DNA of 59,402 nucleotides, filler included, from Sphacelaria rigidula (Eukaryota), in assembly GCA_964200075.2 (NCBI GenBank). It is 10 parts of 10 records of this genome, joined end to end, with 100 filler letters (N's around TTAATTAATTAA, not from the genome) between each part and the next. Parts side by side here need not be neighbours in the genome. Positions count along the whole stretch, not along the records: positions 1 to 5,851 come from CAXNAA020023978.1; positions 5,952 to 11,802 come from CAXNAA020023979.1; 8 more parts are not named here. One strand, 5' to 3'. A program made the position numbers and the translations under genes. Shown here in pieces: positions 1 through 10,315 of this stretch. Below the pieces are notes generated by a model. That model worked only from the letters and a program-made list of their open reading frames with translations, was not told where the DNA came from and did no database searches. Numbering within the stretch: position 1 is the stretch's first letter; the number at the start of each line of letters is the position of its first letter.

Positions 1-94
1 AATTCCCGGCGACAAAATTGAAAAAAAAAAAATCGAAAAAATCATGACATTTTTCGAAACAATGCCCTCCCGGAGGGGGGGGGAGGGGAAGGGA

Positions 95-165
95 GGGGGG
101 CGTACTCATTTGTTGCTTGCCCTAGTCGTTTGACCATTGACCACGCATCCCTTTCGAGACGGAGC
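95..165 (-). repeat. High-copy ~70-nt dispersed repeat core (family A) next to a G tract
   Basis: Reverse complement of CCGTCTCGAAAGGGATGCGTGGTCAATGGTCAAACGACTAAGGCAAGCAACAAATGAGTACGCCCC. Other copies at ~16850-16912, ~20730-20776 (partial), 23805-23868, 47404-47476 and 56655-56725. Confidence 0.92.
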
Positions 166-282
166 GGAGGGGGGGTTACGTGTCCGAAAATTTTCTCCGC
201 GCTGCCTCCTGGGTGAGCTGCGAATAGTTGCCTTGGATGAGCTATGAGAGCTATGAGAGCTATGAGAGCTACGATTGCTTAT

Positions 283-493
283 CCCTTTGACCGCGAGGAT
301 AGAAGGTCTCTGAATCGGCATCATTCACACCCGAAAAAGAAAAGTGAATCATGCTGATTTATCAGATCGCTAACCCTCGCGGTCAAAGGGCTAACCCCTT
401 GACGGCGAGCGTAAGTCATCTGTTGAATCGGCTCGAATTTCACTTGAAAAACGTACGCATGACCAGGTGGACTCGAACCCTCGCGGTCAACCG
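283..493. mobile_element. Two adjacent ~100-110-bp piggyBac-like MITEs (283-390 and 395-~493)
   Basis: 283-390 has 16-bp terminal inverted repeats CCCTTTGACCGCGAGG / CCTCGCGGTCAAAGGG, flanked by TTAT and CTAA (degenerate TTAA). The second unit follows the shared CTAA and resembles the reverse complement of 49810-49911. Confidence 0.6.
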
Positions 494-735
494 ATCAAAC
501 GACATAAATCGGTCGATTATTGTAGACACTGGATATTAATACTTTTCTAACCATCCAACCATGCAAACGAGGATATGTGTTGGATTATTTTCTTCCTATC
601 GCGAAGAGTGAGGCAAAACATCACAAACTGATGATATGTGGCGCCATCCGTTCGAACAGAAATGTTACATCATAACCGACACGGGGTTGGCCGGCGGCGA
701 GCTAGGCATATGACGTAAGTGAGCCACGATCATGT

Positions 736-1200
736 GTCCCTGGGGTGAGCTACCGGGCGTAGCTCATCCGCTCATGTTTTCCCCGGGTGAGCTGTGAGAG
801 AGCTACATGAGCTGCACATGTTTGTCCTGGGTGAGGTACCAACCCGTAGCTCATCAGCTCATGTTCACCCTGCGTGAAGCTATGGGAGCTGTATGAGCTA
901 CGCACGTTTGCGATAGGTGAGCTACCAGCCCGTAACTCATCAGCTCAGATTTGTCCTGAGTGAGCTATGAGAGCTGCACGAGTTACGCATGTTTGTCCTG
1001 GGTGAGCTACCAACTCGTAGCTCATCAGCTCAGATTCGCCCTGGGTGAGCTATGAGAGCTGCATGAGCTACGCATGTTTGTCGTGGGTGAGCTACCAACT
1101 CGTAGCTCATCAGCGCACGTTTACCTTCTGTTGAGTTATCGGACGTAGCTCACATGCACATGTTTGACTACAAGTGAGCTACCGCCCGCAGATGAGCTAG
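736..1200. repeat. GAGCT-rich minisatellite, ~85-bp unit made of two ~43-bp subunits, about 5.5 copies
   Basis: GGTGAGCTACC-N-CGTAGCTCATCAGCTCA recurs near 744, 829, 916, 1001 and 1086, alternating with CTGGGTGAGCTATGAGAGCTGCATGAGCTACGCATGTTTG. A related (GAGCTATGA)n run lies at ~237-270. Confidence 0.9.
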
Positions 1201-1217
1201 CTCCTGAGCGGTCCTAC

Positions 1218-2075
1218 GTGTGGATAATTTTGAAGCTCAAAATGTTATGCTCTCTTACCTCCCATCCATGTATGTATGATGTACACCGACCAAGCATAAC
1301 GTGAAAAGAGCTGCCATTCCGTGTACCCAGAGAGGCACAGAAAACCCAAGATATAAAGAGTGGCGTGTACCGGAACAGACAACATCATGGCGACTATATT
1401 ATGTGCTCATGTTTGTTCGTTGTGTTGACTGTATCGGTACCACCGTCTATGTGCACACCACATCTCTACAGAAAAATATAGTCATGACCTACAGACAGGA
1501 GGGTACATCGTCAATGTAGGTACACGAAAGCCCAACTAAAACACAGAGCATTGTACATTGCTGTACAGACAATACAGTGGAGTGTCTTGATATTCTCTTT
1601 TCCCCTCCCGCTGCGTTCCTCTCTTCGTGTGTAAGCATTACTGTAGGATAGCATTTCGCCAACCCCCCGGGTAGCGTGACCCCTTTCTGCGGTCAGCTGT
1701 TAACTTCAAGCCCTCGATCGCCAGGGTGGGGATTTTTTAAGTGAAAAATTTGCCGACGAAAGAGAGGACCCAGCATTGGGGTGACACGTTCTCCTTGTTA
1801 TTTCAAACAGCGGGCGGATGCTGGGGAGACGGTACGATGCACATTAATGGTGGTACTGATACAGTCAACACAACTAACAAACATAAGCACATAATATAGT
1901 CGCCATGATTTTGTCTGTTCCGGTACACGCCACTCTCTCTACCTGGGGTTTTCTGTGCCTCTCTGGGTACACGGAGCGGCAGCTCTTTTCCCGTTACGCT
2001 TGGTCGGTGTACATCATACAAACAAGGATGGGAGGTAAGCGAGCATGGAATTTTGAGCTCTCAAATTATCAACAC
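1218..2075. mobile_element. Fold-back element or long-TIR MITE with ~240-bp inverted arms
   Basis: 1218-~1455 is the reverse complement of ~1837-2075 (e.g. CCGTGTACCCAGAGAGGCACAGAAAACCC vs GGGTTTTCTGTGCCTCTCTGGGTACACGG). The ~380-bp spacer is non-coding. No TSD seen. Confidence 0.8.
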
Positions 2076-2498
2076 AGAGCATTTTTTTATGTTCGAGCTG
2101 GCAGGGGGAAGTCACGCAAACTCGACCACGCGACGAGTAGTGAAAGATAACAGAGAGAGCGACATAATGATACTGCTGTACTATTGACTGTACTCCGCGT
2201 TGGTTGTCCTGGCTCCGATTGAACGAAGTGTGATCCAAGTCACCACGATCGGGATGATCATGCGGTACAGGCCACACGCGTGGATAGATAGCACCCAGTA
2301 GGACGTGCAGGGTTCTCCGCAGTCTTCGTGAAAACCTCTGTACAGCATTTGCAAACCCCAGTACCTTTACCAGCATTTTGTGTAGCGTTTTTCTCGAGAC
2401 TCTGTACGCAATCCCGTGGGTCGCGCTCCTAATTTAAAACTTCCGAATTATTTTTTTACAGAATCTACGGATTTATTTATTTAGAGAAGCTATTCGAA

Positions 2499-2555
2499 AT
2501 AAATCCTTTTTTGGCCCGATTTCCAATTGGGCAATCGGGCCAAAAAAGGATTTAT
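2499..2555. repeat. Perfect 23-bp inverted repeat with an 11-nt loop
   Basis: ATAAATCCTTTTTTGGCCCGATT (2499-2521) pairs with AATCGGGCCAAAAAAGGATTTAT (2533-2555). Confidence 0.9.
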
Positions 2556-3220
2556 ATTCGAAATAGAGTTTTTGTTTTGCCCAGTTAAATTGGGCAAAAA
2601 AAAGAAATATCTTTTGAACAGCTTCATCTGCTGCATAAATCCCATATACACTGAAAGATTTGTGATATATATAAGAGAAGAATCTTGAAATAAATCCTGA
2701 CTTTGCCCGCTGATTCATCCGGGAATTGGGCAAAAAAGAACTTATTGCAAACAGCCTCAACTGTGCAAGTTCCGCACACTGCACCGTCATCAGCGGATGG
2801 GATCCGACATGCAGTAAAGATTGTTGAAAATAATTCATCCTCTTGCCCCCAATTTATGTACCAATTGGGCTACAGGATGGAATTCTCAACAGCGTTTGCC
2901 GAATAAATCTCTCAAACACTGCTTACGAGTGTATGTCCACACGCCTGAGCTTCGATACGATGCTTGGGCTTCAGGCGTGAATACTGCAGTGAAGGTGTAT
3001 GCCTCGCATATGTATGCAGATAGTCTATAAAACCCCGTTATCCAATGGTATAGCCTGGTGGCTATGTTTGGAGTGTACTGCTAAGGATCCCAGTGCACAC
3101 ACTCTCGGAATAAGTGGGGGAGACGAGTAACTCTGGGGTACGGTGAGAGTGACAACACTAGAATTTCTGATGGCAGTCGATAGAGCGCTGGCAAGGGAGG
3201 TCGCCCTCCTCGGAGTGAAA

Positions 3221-3290
3221 GTGACGGGGATCGAACCCTCACGACTAACGTTTGTGACGGCTTAAAGGACAACCAACTAGACTACTGACC
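3221..3290 (-). mobile_element. tRNA-derived SINE-like head
   Basis: The minus strand reads GTCAGTAGTCTAGTTGGTTG...GTCGTGAGGGTTCGATCCCC, with a Pol III A-box-like (TAGTCTAGTTGG) and B-box-like (GGTTCGATCCC) pair at tRNA spacing. No intact cloverleaf. Confidence 0.6.
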
Positions 3291-3653
3291 AGTCAGCGCT
3301 GACTCGTCAGTAGTCTAGTTGGTTATCTCTTAAACCGTCACAATGGCTACCAAAACGACAAACCAAATGATGTTGAGAAAAAAGCACTCGATCAACTATG
3401 CTTTTGTTTAAGGAGGTTTTTGCTTGATATTTATCAGAACCGCAAAAATGTGTCGTCAACAACGAATCATAAGTGGTTTATTGTATGTCTTGTGGCATTT
3501 CTGAGCATTACTTCGCTTGTTCAATGCCTACCGCTGCCGTATCTCGGCCGTTTTCTTGGCAGTACCATGCCCATGCTGTAAGGTGGAGTATATGGTATGT
3601 GCGCTAAAACACTGTACAGCATATTAACAACAATGAACAGTACACAGGGTGAC

Positions 3654-3820
3654 GAAACCCTGTGAAGCGTGCTGTGCTGCGCGAAACAATACCCTACAGC
3701 CAAACAAACCCCCACGAGAAACACGGCACAGTTTCCCTGAAACCCCGTGAAGCGTCCTGTGTGGCGCAAAAAAACACCCTACAGCCAAACCCCCGCGAGA
3801 AACACTGCACAGTTTCCCTG
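3654..3820. repeat. Tandem duplication, ~83-bp unit x2
   Basis: GAAACCC(T/C)GTGAAGCGT...ACCCTACAGCCAAAC...CACAGTTTCCCTGA occurs at 3654 and 3739. Confidence 0.85.
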
Positions 3821-4254
3821 AGCCCTGCAGACGTGCCCAACAGGGTGCTATCTGTCCAAGTGTGCAGCCGCATGTGTTTTGCCATTATCCGAGGGTGCAG
3901 ATGGTGCACCCGGGTGCACATGTGGCATCGTGTGCGTCGGCTCTGATCTTCGGAGTAAACATAGCTCTGTGGCTCCCAAGGTACACAGAGAGTTAAAAAA
4001 TCTCCTAGAGCAGTCTAACCGACACCCGATTGATGGCATCGAGTGCGTGGGCTTCGAGCTTGGAGCGTAAACATAGCTTCATGGCTCTCAAGGTACACAG
4101 ACAACAGTTCAATAAAACTCCCACAGCAGTCTAGCGAACACCTGAAGAATTTTCCTCGTGGTTAGAAGTTTCCTATGGACAGGACCCGTGGGTCTTGCTC
4201 TCGGTAGAACGGTTATAAGGATTGCTGGGTTCCCATAACCACTTTACCAATCAG

Positions 4255-4712
4255 ATCATGCGACTTGTGTTTGCTGCTGACTAAGGCTAAAGCAATGCTC
4301 AATTGTTTTCAACTGCTTCGCTTTCATGTTCTCGTGACTTTCGCTGCATAACCGCTGTCTTCGTGCTCCCAAATCAACAAGAACGCGACAAAGAGAAACA
4401 TAGTGCAAAAATATCCCACCAAAATTTATCCTGTTCGAACGAACTCATCCTTTGTGGTTCAGGTTCCCGTTTGAAGTTTCCCATGACCTTGAAATGGCTT
4501 TCATGGTTCGGGATCGACACCCCGCGAAAAAGAGCCAGTGTGGGCGACGTTCGGTGGCCAGAAGACGACAAAGGTATCAGATGGTACCCAAACGTGAACG
4601 GTAATGTACCGCTGCGCCTTCTTCGTGCGCTGTGAAAGAAAGCGCGGAATAAGATGCCTTGCCGCCAGAGAAAACTTTGCAAAACTGGTGTATAATGTGA
4701 AATGATGCATGT
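4255..4712. repeat. ~460-bp dispersed repeat; inverted copy at ~48958-49435
   Basis: CTTGTGTTTGCTGCTGACTAAGGC and GCCTTGCCGCCAGAGAAAA match the reverse complement of segments in contig 9. The spurious ORFs 4374-4772(-) and 48992-49393(+) are mutually similar. Confidence 0.85.
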
Positions 4713-5309
4713 ACATGGTACGAAAGGTTTGTTGGAATAGGACTGTTTTCTGAGATACCACTTCGTGGTCACTCTCTACTTTTCTCCTCTCAATCAGGCC
4801 CATCAGCTTGATGTTGGTTCCGACGTTAGTAAGAAACCGAGTGTTTTATTGTGTTTATTCGGCCGGATGAAGAGCCAAGCTTGAAACATTTTTTCTCCTT
4901 CAACTGCACAAGTAAGTGATTAACAACACTGTGCAGCCTCTGCAAGCTCTCTTGTCAGTGATTGGGCTCACGTGTTGAACCGATTGTTCTTGTCAACTCG
5001 ACAGTCGAACGTTGTGTAATATACACAAGCCACAGCCATACTTTCAACACGTTTGAGCCTCACGACGCAGTTAGTATACTGTACTGTAGTCTTCAGCACC
5101 AGTGAACAGGACGTCCCATCGGAGTCGTTCATCACTACTGCAGCAAGGCACTACTACTGCGACCAGGAGCGTGGTTATCAAGCAGCAGTGTGGCCAATAA
5201 GCGTGGTTGTCCCGTCAAGGAGCAAGGACTTGCGAATAAATCTAAAGAAAAGCAGTTACGTGTGCGAATTTCAAGACAGATTATACAAGCTGATTCACGC
5301 TCATCACCC

Positions 5310-5851
5310 AAAAAACACTCATCGGCAAAACTTCACGCCGTTTTCAGGAGTTAGACCCTGAAATATTGCACGAATCTTCTATGGGTCATTACGCAACTTT
5401 ACACGAACCGTTTTTTATTTTTTTCCTGTTTTCACTGTTTTCCGGGGGTCCCAGTTTTTGAGGGGAAACCTCGACTCGATCGGACCCCCGTAAAACGGAA
5501 ACAAAGAAAATAAAAATAAAACCGTTCCTGCAAAGTTGCGTTATGTCCCAAAGCACAGTTGTGCAAACTTTCAGAGTCTAACTCCTCAAAACGGCGTAAA
5601 GGTTTTGGCCTTTGTGCGATGAAGTTTGCCGTACCGCGGTGAAACCGCAAACTACTTGATCTTAGTGCCAAAACGGCGTTTTCGGGCCTTTTTTGACGTG
5701 AACATGGAAATTCAAGCATCAGTTGATCGAGTTTTGCGACGAAAACTTGTGCAGCCTACCCTTGGGTTGTGCGGAGGCAGTTAGATTGCGAAAAAGTGAA
5801 AAAAATATCGTAGTGCCGTTTTTCTGGGGTCCCAGAATGGAGACTACTTCG
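5310..5851. repeat. Dispersed repeat with internal inverted segments; related copies at ~30945-31440 and ~31855-31915
   Basis: AAAACTTCACGCCGTTTTCAGGAGTTAGACCCTGAAA (5327) recurs in inverted form at ~5570-5605. GCCGTACCGCGGTGAAACCGCAAACTACTTGAT and GGGGTCCCAGAATG match reverse complements in contig 6. Confidence 0.8.
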
Positions 5852-5951
5852 NNNNNNNNNNNNNNNNNNNNNNNNNNNNNNNNNNNNNNNNNNNNTTAAT
5901 TAATTAANNNNNNNNNNNNNNNNNNNNNNNNNNNNNNNNNNNNNNNNNNNN
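5852..5951. other. Artificial contig linker (N44-TTAATTAATTAA-N44); the same linker recurs at 11803-11902, 17754-17853, 23705-23804, 29655-29754, 35605-35704, 41555-41654, 47505-47604 and 53454-53553
   Basis: Identical 100-nt N-padded spacer with stops in all six frames. It separates pieces of 5851, 5850 and 5849 nt in decreasing length order. Confidence 0.98.
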
Positions 5952-6429
5952 CCCCCCCCCCCCCCCCCCTCTTTTTTTCTTGTGCGCGGTTGTGCGTCCG
6001 TTACGTTGCTGTTTTTTTTTGTGCTTCGACATTTGGTGTATATCTTATATTCATATATATATATATACTTTGGAGAACAGATACCTGTGGTTCGTCCTGG
6101 TGTTCACTGTCAACCTCATAATCACGCGGTATCTGCTCCGGTATGCCAAGGTGAGATTGAAATGGAGTACGACCAAATAATATAGTTTATCTGTTACTTT
6201 CTAGAGCGGTATCGATTTACAGTAATACCACAGTGTGTTACCGATGCGTTTTATGTTGTCCTTGTTGCTGTCGCTGTTGTTGTTGTTGTCGTTGTCCGGA
6301 CTCCTCCTGAGTAGATGCGTGCTTTTTCTGCTCATTGCGCTTGGCCACAATGACGAAGGAAGGTATCCCACCATAATTTCACGTGACACACCGAATTCCC
6401 AGGGGTATGGTGGGTAAAGGAAAATAAAT

Positions 6430-6622
6430 GCCCGGGTGTTTACTCTCCCAAACTCGGTGGCCCGATCTCCGAGTTCTTCCCAAATATTGGGTAAAGTTGA
6501 GTACGATCGCAGTACTCTTCCCAACATCCGGGTACTGTCGAGTACGATGTCAATACTCCCCTCGAGTCTTGGGTGCTTGAAGTAAGATTTTTCGAAATAC
6601 CCAAACGCAGGAAATATGCTAC
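6430..6622. repeat. Diverged dispersed repeat; inverted copy at ~8255-8470 in the same contig
   Basis: CCAAATATTGGGTAAAGTTGAGTACGATCGCA (6479) vs TGCGATCGTACCTAACTTTCCCAATATTTGG (8373); AAATACCCAAAC vs GTTTGGGTATTT. Confidence 0.7.
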
Positions 6623-7059
6623 CCAACAAACACAACCTTGCTGCATTCGTACGCGCGTAGATCAGCGCTTTCGGCCCGTGTCGTTACGCCCCTGCAGTTT
6701 TACTCAAGCACTGCTAGCACTTCCCCCCCCCTCGATGCCTGTTGACATTTTTGCCGGAATGCTAAGCTAGTCAGGAGAAAATATGATGCTTCTCTGGTTG
6801 TACAGGTCGCCCACTCGCGGTTCCCAGTCCAGTTTCCCCGCAAGTATGTCATTCAATTGTCCCGCATTGTACCGCTTTTGGCTCATCGCCCCGCAAGCAG
6901 TATATTGTACGAGAGTAGCAAAAGGGACCGGGCCGGTCGAATTCGACCGTCCTGTTTGAGAAAAGGAGCATTCAAATCACACTTGTATGGCACGTTTAGT
7001 GAGGCGAGTGGTGTTTATGGCCACAAGAGAAAAAAAAGACATCACAGAAGTCGGCTCGC

Positions 7060-7117
7060 GAATCGAATCGAATCGAATCATATCGAATTGAATTGAATTG
7101 AATTGAATCGAATTGAA
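7060..7117. repeat. Pentanucleotide microsatellite (GAATC/GAATT)n
   Basis: Read directly. Confidence 0.9.
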
Positions 7118-8907
7118 GGGAGAAAAAAAGGGGATCACAAAAAGAAGAGAGGTTTCGGTTTGTAAACAACAAATGTTATGACCAGAGCGCCCCTTATCTT
7201 CCTCCGCTCCCATTTCTTCTTTTTGTCTTGTCTCGTGGCCGAAAAAATCGAAACGAAATATCTTGTGCGCAGTTGTTGAACTCCTTGACGCCAGCGGAAA
7301 TCGAGCAGCTCCGAAATCCCGCAACGGTTTGGGCAGGCCCCGGCGCACGGCGATACTCACAACAGCCATTCCAGATGTTATGATGAACCCCCGTCAAGTT
7401 TTGCTGTTTTGGGTTGGTGGTTTAAGGAGATGAACACGCGCTGAAGTGAAGCTCTTTGCCACAGCGCAAGCAGTAAAAGAAAAAAAGGATTGGCAAGAGA
7501 GAGAAGGAGTGAGGGGGGTAGACTTCCGTATGCAGCCAGAGTATCCAATCTTGACATGTTTTTTCATAGCTCAATGGTTTTTTGAGACGCACCGTTTGTT
7601 GAGAGCTTTCTCGAGCTACAATTTTGTTGCGTGGATTATTTTTTTCTAATCAGTTTATTTGGATGATGACAGTATCGACAGCTGTGTCATATATACCTTT
7701 TCTGGCGAAAGACCGCGCGGTAGTAACGGAGGAAAATGCTGCCGTCCGTTCGCGGACGGAGGAGGGTACACTACGTACAATCTGCGGGAAAAATTCAATC
7801 ACGGGTTCAGCCCTCTCGTCTATCGATCGGGGGGTTGTGCGCTGTGCAAAAATATGTGCATGTACAGACAGATCTCGATTAGATGCGTCGCAACTGCTGT
7901 TTGCCAGGTTCCATCTAAACATGCCGCAACTGTCGTAGTCCTCGAACCCTACGGTGGGGTTTTGGAATTGATCACAGAAGTTTATAGTATGGCCTGTAAG
8001 CTTCGGGTTTAAGCTTCGGTATACCGCCGGTTGTGTGTTTGTGTGTGTGTTTTCATGAGTGGGCGCGAGGCGCGCGCGTGTGTATGTGTCTTGTGCCACA
8101 CTCCGTGTGGCGTGTGGGGTGTAGATCCATGATTTCTGATTGCGACGGTCGCACGCAAACGTACACGGTGTGTGTGTGGAGGGTACCTGCTGATGTAATG
8201 TGGCCGTTGCGTCGCTACTGTGGAAGTATTCAAGGGCGCAGTGGTTACAAACGAGGGTATTTGCATGTTTGGGTATTTTGAAAACAGATCATACTCTTGA
8301 AGTACCCCAAACTTGGGGGTAAGAGCATTGAGATCGTGCTCAACCACAATATCCAGATGTTAGGTAGAGTGTTGCGATCGTACCTAACTTTCCCAATATT
8401 TGGGTTTTGTGGTGAAGTTTGGAGATTGGACAATCGCAGCGCAAGGATTTCTGGAGAATAGATACCCGGGGTGCTCACCCTAAACAACACACCCTTGGGA
8501 TTATTCAAGTGGGGATCACGGTGCAATGATGGGGGGGTGCCGCGGGGGAGGAGGGGGAGGGGAGGGGGGGGGGGGATGCGTGTCAATGGTGGCGTTGAGC
8601 GCGGCTGTAGATAGGTGCCCGGCCGCTTTGTGCTCCCTTGGCGTGTGCAGTGCTTCGCTCGCGCAACCAGCTCGATGATGCATTGCTTGTGTGCTGTAGG
8701 CAATCGACGCGCCTCCGGTTTGTTGTGTTGCGCTACTGGGCCAAGCCCGAGGAGTACTGGTATTAGGGGGGGTGGCAACGCAACCCGCGTGCAGTGGCGT
8801 GATGGATGTGCACGTTTATCAAGACCCGTCACGATATATGCTGAAGATTTGATTTTGCGTGAGCAGTCTGCTTCTAGTCGGGGTCACGCACGTCCCTTTC
8901 CTGTCGC

Positions 8908-8948
8908 GTAGTGTAGTGTAGTGTAGTGCAGTGCAGTCTAGTGTAGTG
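8908..8948. repeat. Pentanucleotide microsatellite (TAGTG)n
   Basis: Read directly. Confidence 0.9.
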
Positions 8949-9586
8949 GGGAAATCAGTCTCGCCCTCTTGTACGGTCGATCTCAATCATTACCGATAAA
9001 ATGGAACGTTTTGTGTGAGATTGGTGAGTGCCTGCTGCAATGTCGCTGCTCCTTGCTGGCGTACGGGCGTCTGCTGTACTTGTGTTGTGTTGGTTCATGA
9101 TGCGGTTGTTGTTGATGATGTTGTTGCTGTTATTGTTATCGTCGTTGCTGTAGTCTCTTGTGCGCCTGAGGTAGACGGCACCTGTAGCCATGAGTTGATG
9201 GGTTTCTCCCTGTATCCGGCGAGTTGTGAGTCTCGAGTTTGCAGCGATAGCAGTCAAGTACCAGCCTGCAGCACGGGCGAGTCTGGATGGGGGCAGCTGG
9301 AAACAAGTTGGTCCGCGATAGACCAAGCACACTCTATCGCTACTGATGCCTAGTGCCACCACTAATGGCTACTGCCTTGGTGTCGTAATTGATCATACTT
9401 TTTTTTTTGTCACACTTTGAAGGCGATCGCCCCGGTGGCTCAGTTGGCAACTCCGAAACCTCCTGACGGTTCGGTTCTGGGTTCGAAACTTGGGGCAGTC
9501 ACACGATCTCGGATTTTTCTCACACCATGCTCGACAGTGGAGAGCGACTATGTCGCGGGAATAAAAAAGGCGGCTTCACGGTCGAC

Positions 9587-9790
9587 GAGGGAAAGAGATT
9601 GCTGAACCCCTCTCGCGATAAAAAACAAGGCAAGCGCCCCAAAAGGAAGGCGGGGTACTACTACAGAACAAAATAAGAGGAATAATTTCTGTGTTGCCCC
9701 TCCTCCTGTGCGACTCCGGCTGCTGCGCCCACATATACCGAAAGGTGTAGACTCGCGTCCAGAATAGATGGGATGGCACACACACACACA
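9587..9790. repeat. ~200-bp dispersed repeat; second copy at 11903-~12105
   Basis: GAGGGAAA.G.(T/C)TGCTGAACCCCTCTCGCGA ... ATATACCGAAAGGTGTAGAC...GTCCAGAATAGA is shared. Confidence 0.85.
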
Positions 9791-9999
9791 CACACGCCTT
9801 GAACCCCTCCCCTTCGCTGGGACAAGTCCGCAGTCTCGCGGGATCAACCCATCTCACACATGCCTTGCATTTTGATATAGAGGATTGGATCATGACCGGC
9901 ACTCCCGCACCGCGCCGGCTCTCGTCAAACAACCCCCCAGTCGAACAAACTCGTTCTGCTACTGCTTGGGTCCTGACGCGTGCAACGACGAAAATCAGA

Positions 10000-10237
10000 G
10001 AGTAATGCTACGGTAGAGGTGCACTTTTTGCGCAAAATCCTGTCTGGTTCAGGGGCCCCTAACGATTCTAGATGCACAAGATTATGGGTCAGGGCATCCC
10101 CGTTTGCAACTTCATTCGGGATAATATCCCTAGCACATTGGAGTAGTAATCCTGGCGTACTGTCACATATTTCATGATTCGTATTTTGAATGAGATACAG
10201 GGCTCTTAACAATTCTGATCTCAGAAATATTTGTGCA
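10000..10237 (-). mobile_element. Sola2-like MITE copy, one end truncated
   Basis: Starts with the TIR GAGTAATGCTACGGTAGAGGTGCAC. The body is the reverse complement of 14903-15158 and 50906-51161. Confidence 0.8.
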
Positions 10238-10315
10238 TATGGCAGGGTGCACTTTTATATCCTCAGTTTTACCCAATAATCTTGAACAACATGCGACATT
10301 CTATATTCCAAAGTA

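Noticed and set aside
106..324. Shared peptide KGCVVNGQTT(R/K)ASNK here and in ORF 56388-56711
   Set aside because: It is the translation of the family A repeat core, not a conserved gene.
736..1200. CRISPR-like array of palindromic ~32-nt repeats
   Set aside because: The spacers are copies of each other, the repeats are degenerate, there are no cas genes and the context is eukaryotic. It is a minisatellite.
5896..5907. TTAATTAATTAA as a regularly spaced biological motif
   Set aside because: It is always embedded in N padding; it is an assembly linker.
7650..8099. 149-aa minus-strand ORF as a host exon
   Set aside because: No recognisable domain, the start lies in a (CA)-rich repeat, and splice signals are unconvincing.
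9925..10212. Apparent small-protein family (LVHLESLGAPEPD; also 14940-15188 and 31651-31881)
   Set aside because: These are chance frames through copies of the non-coding 256-bp MITE; starts and stops are not conserved.
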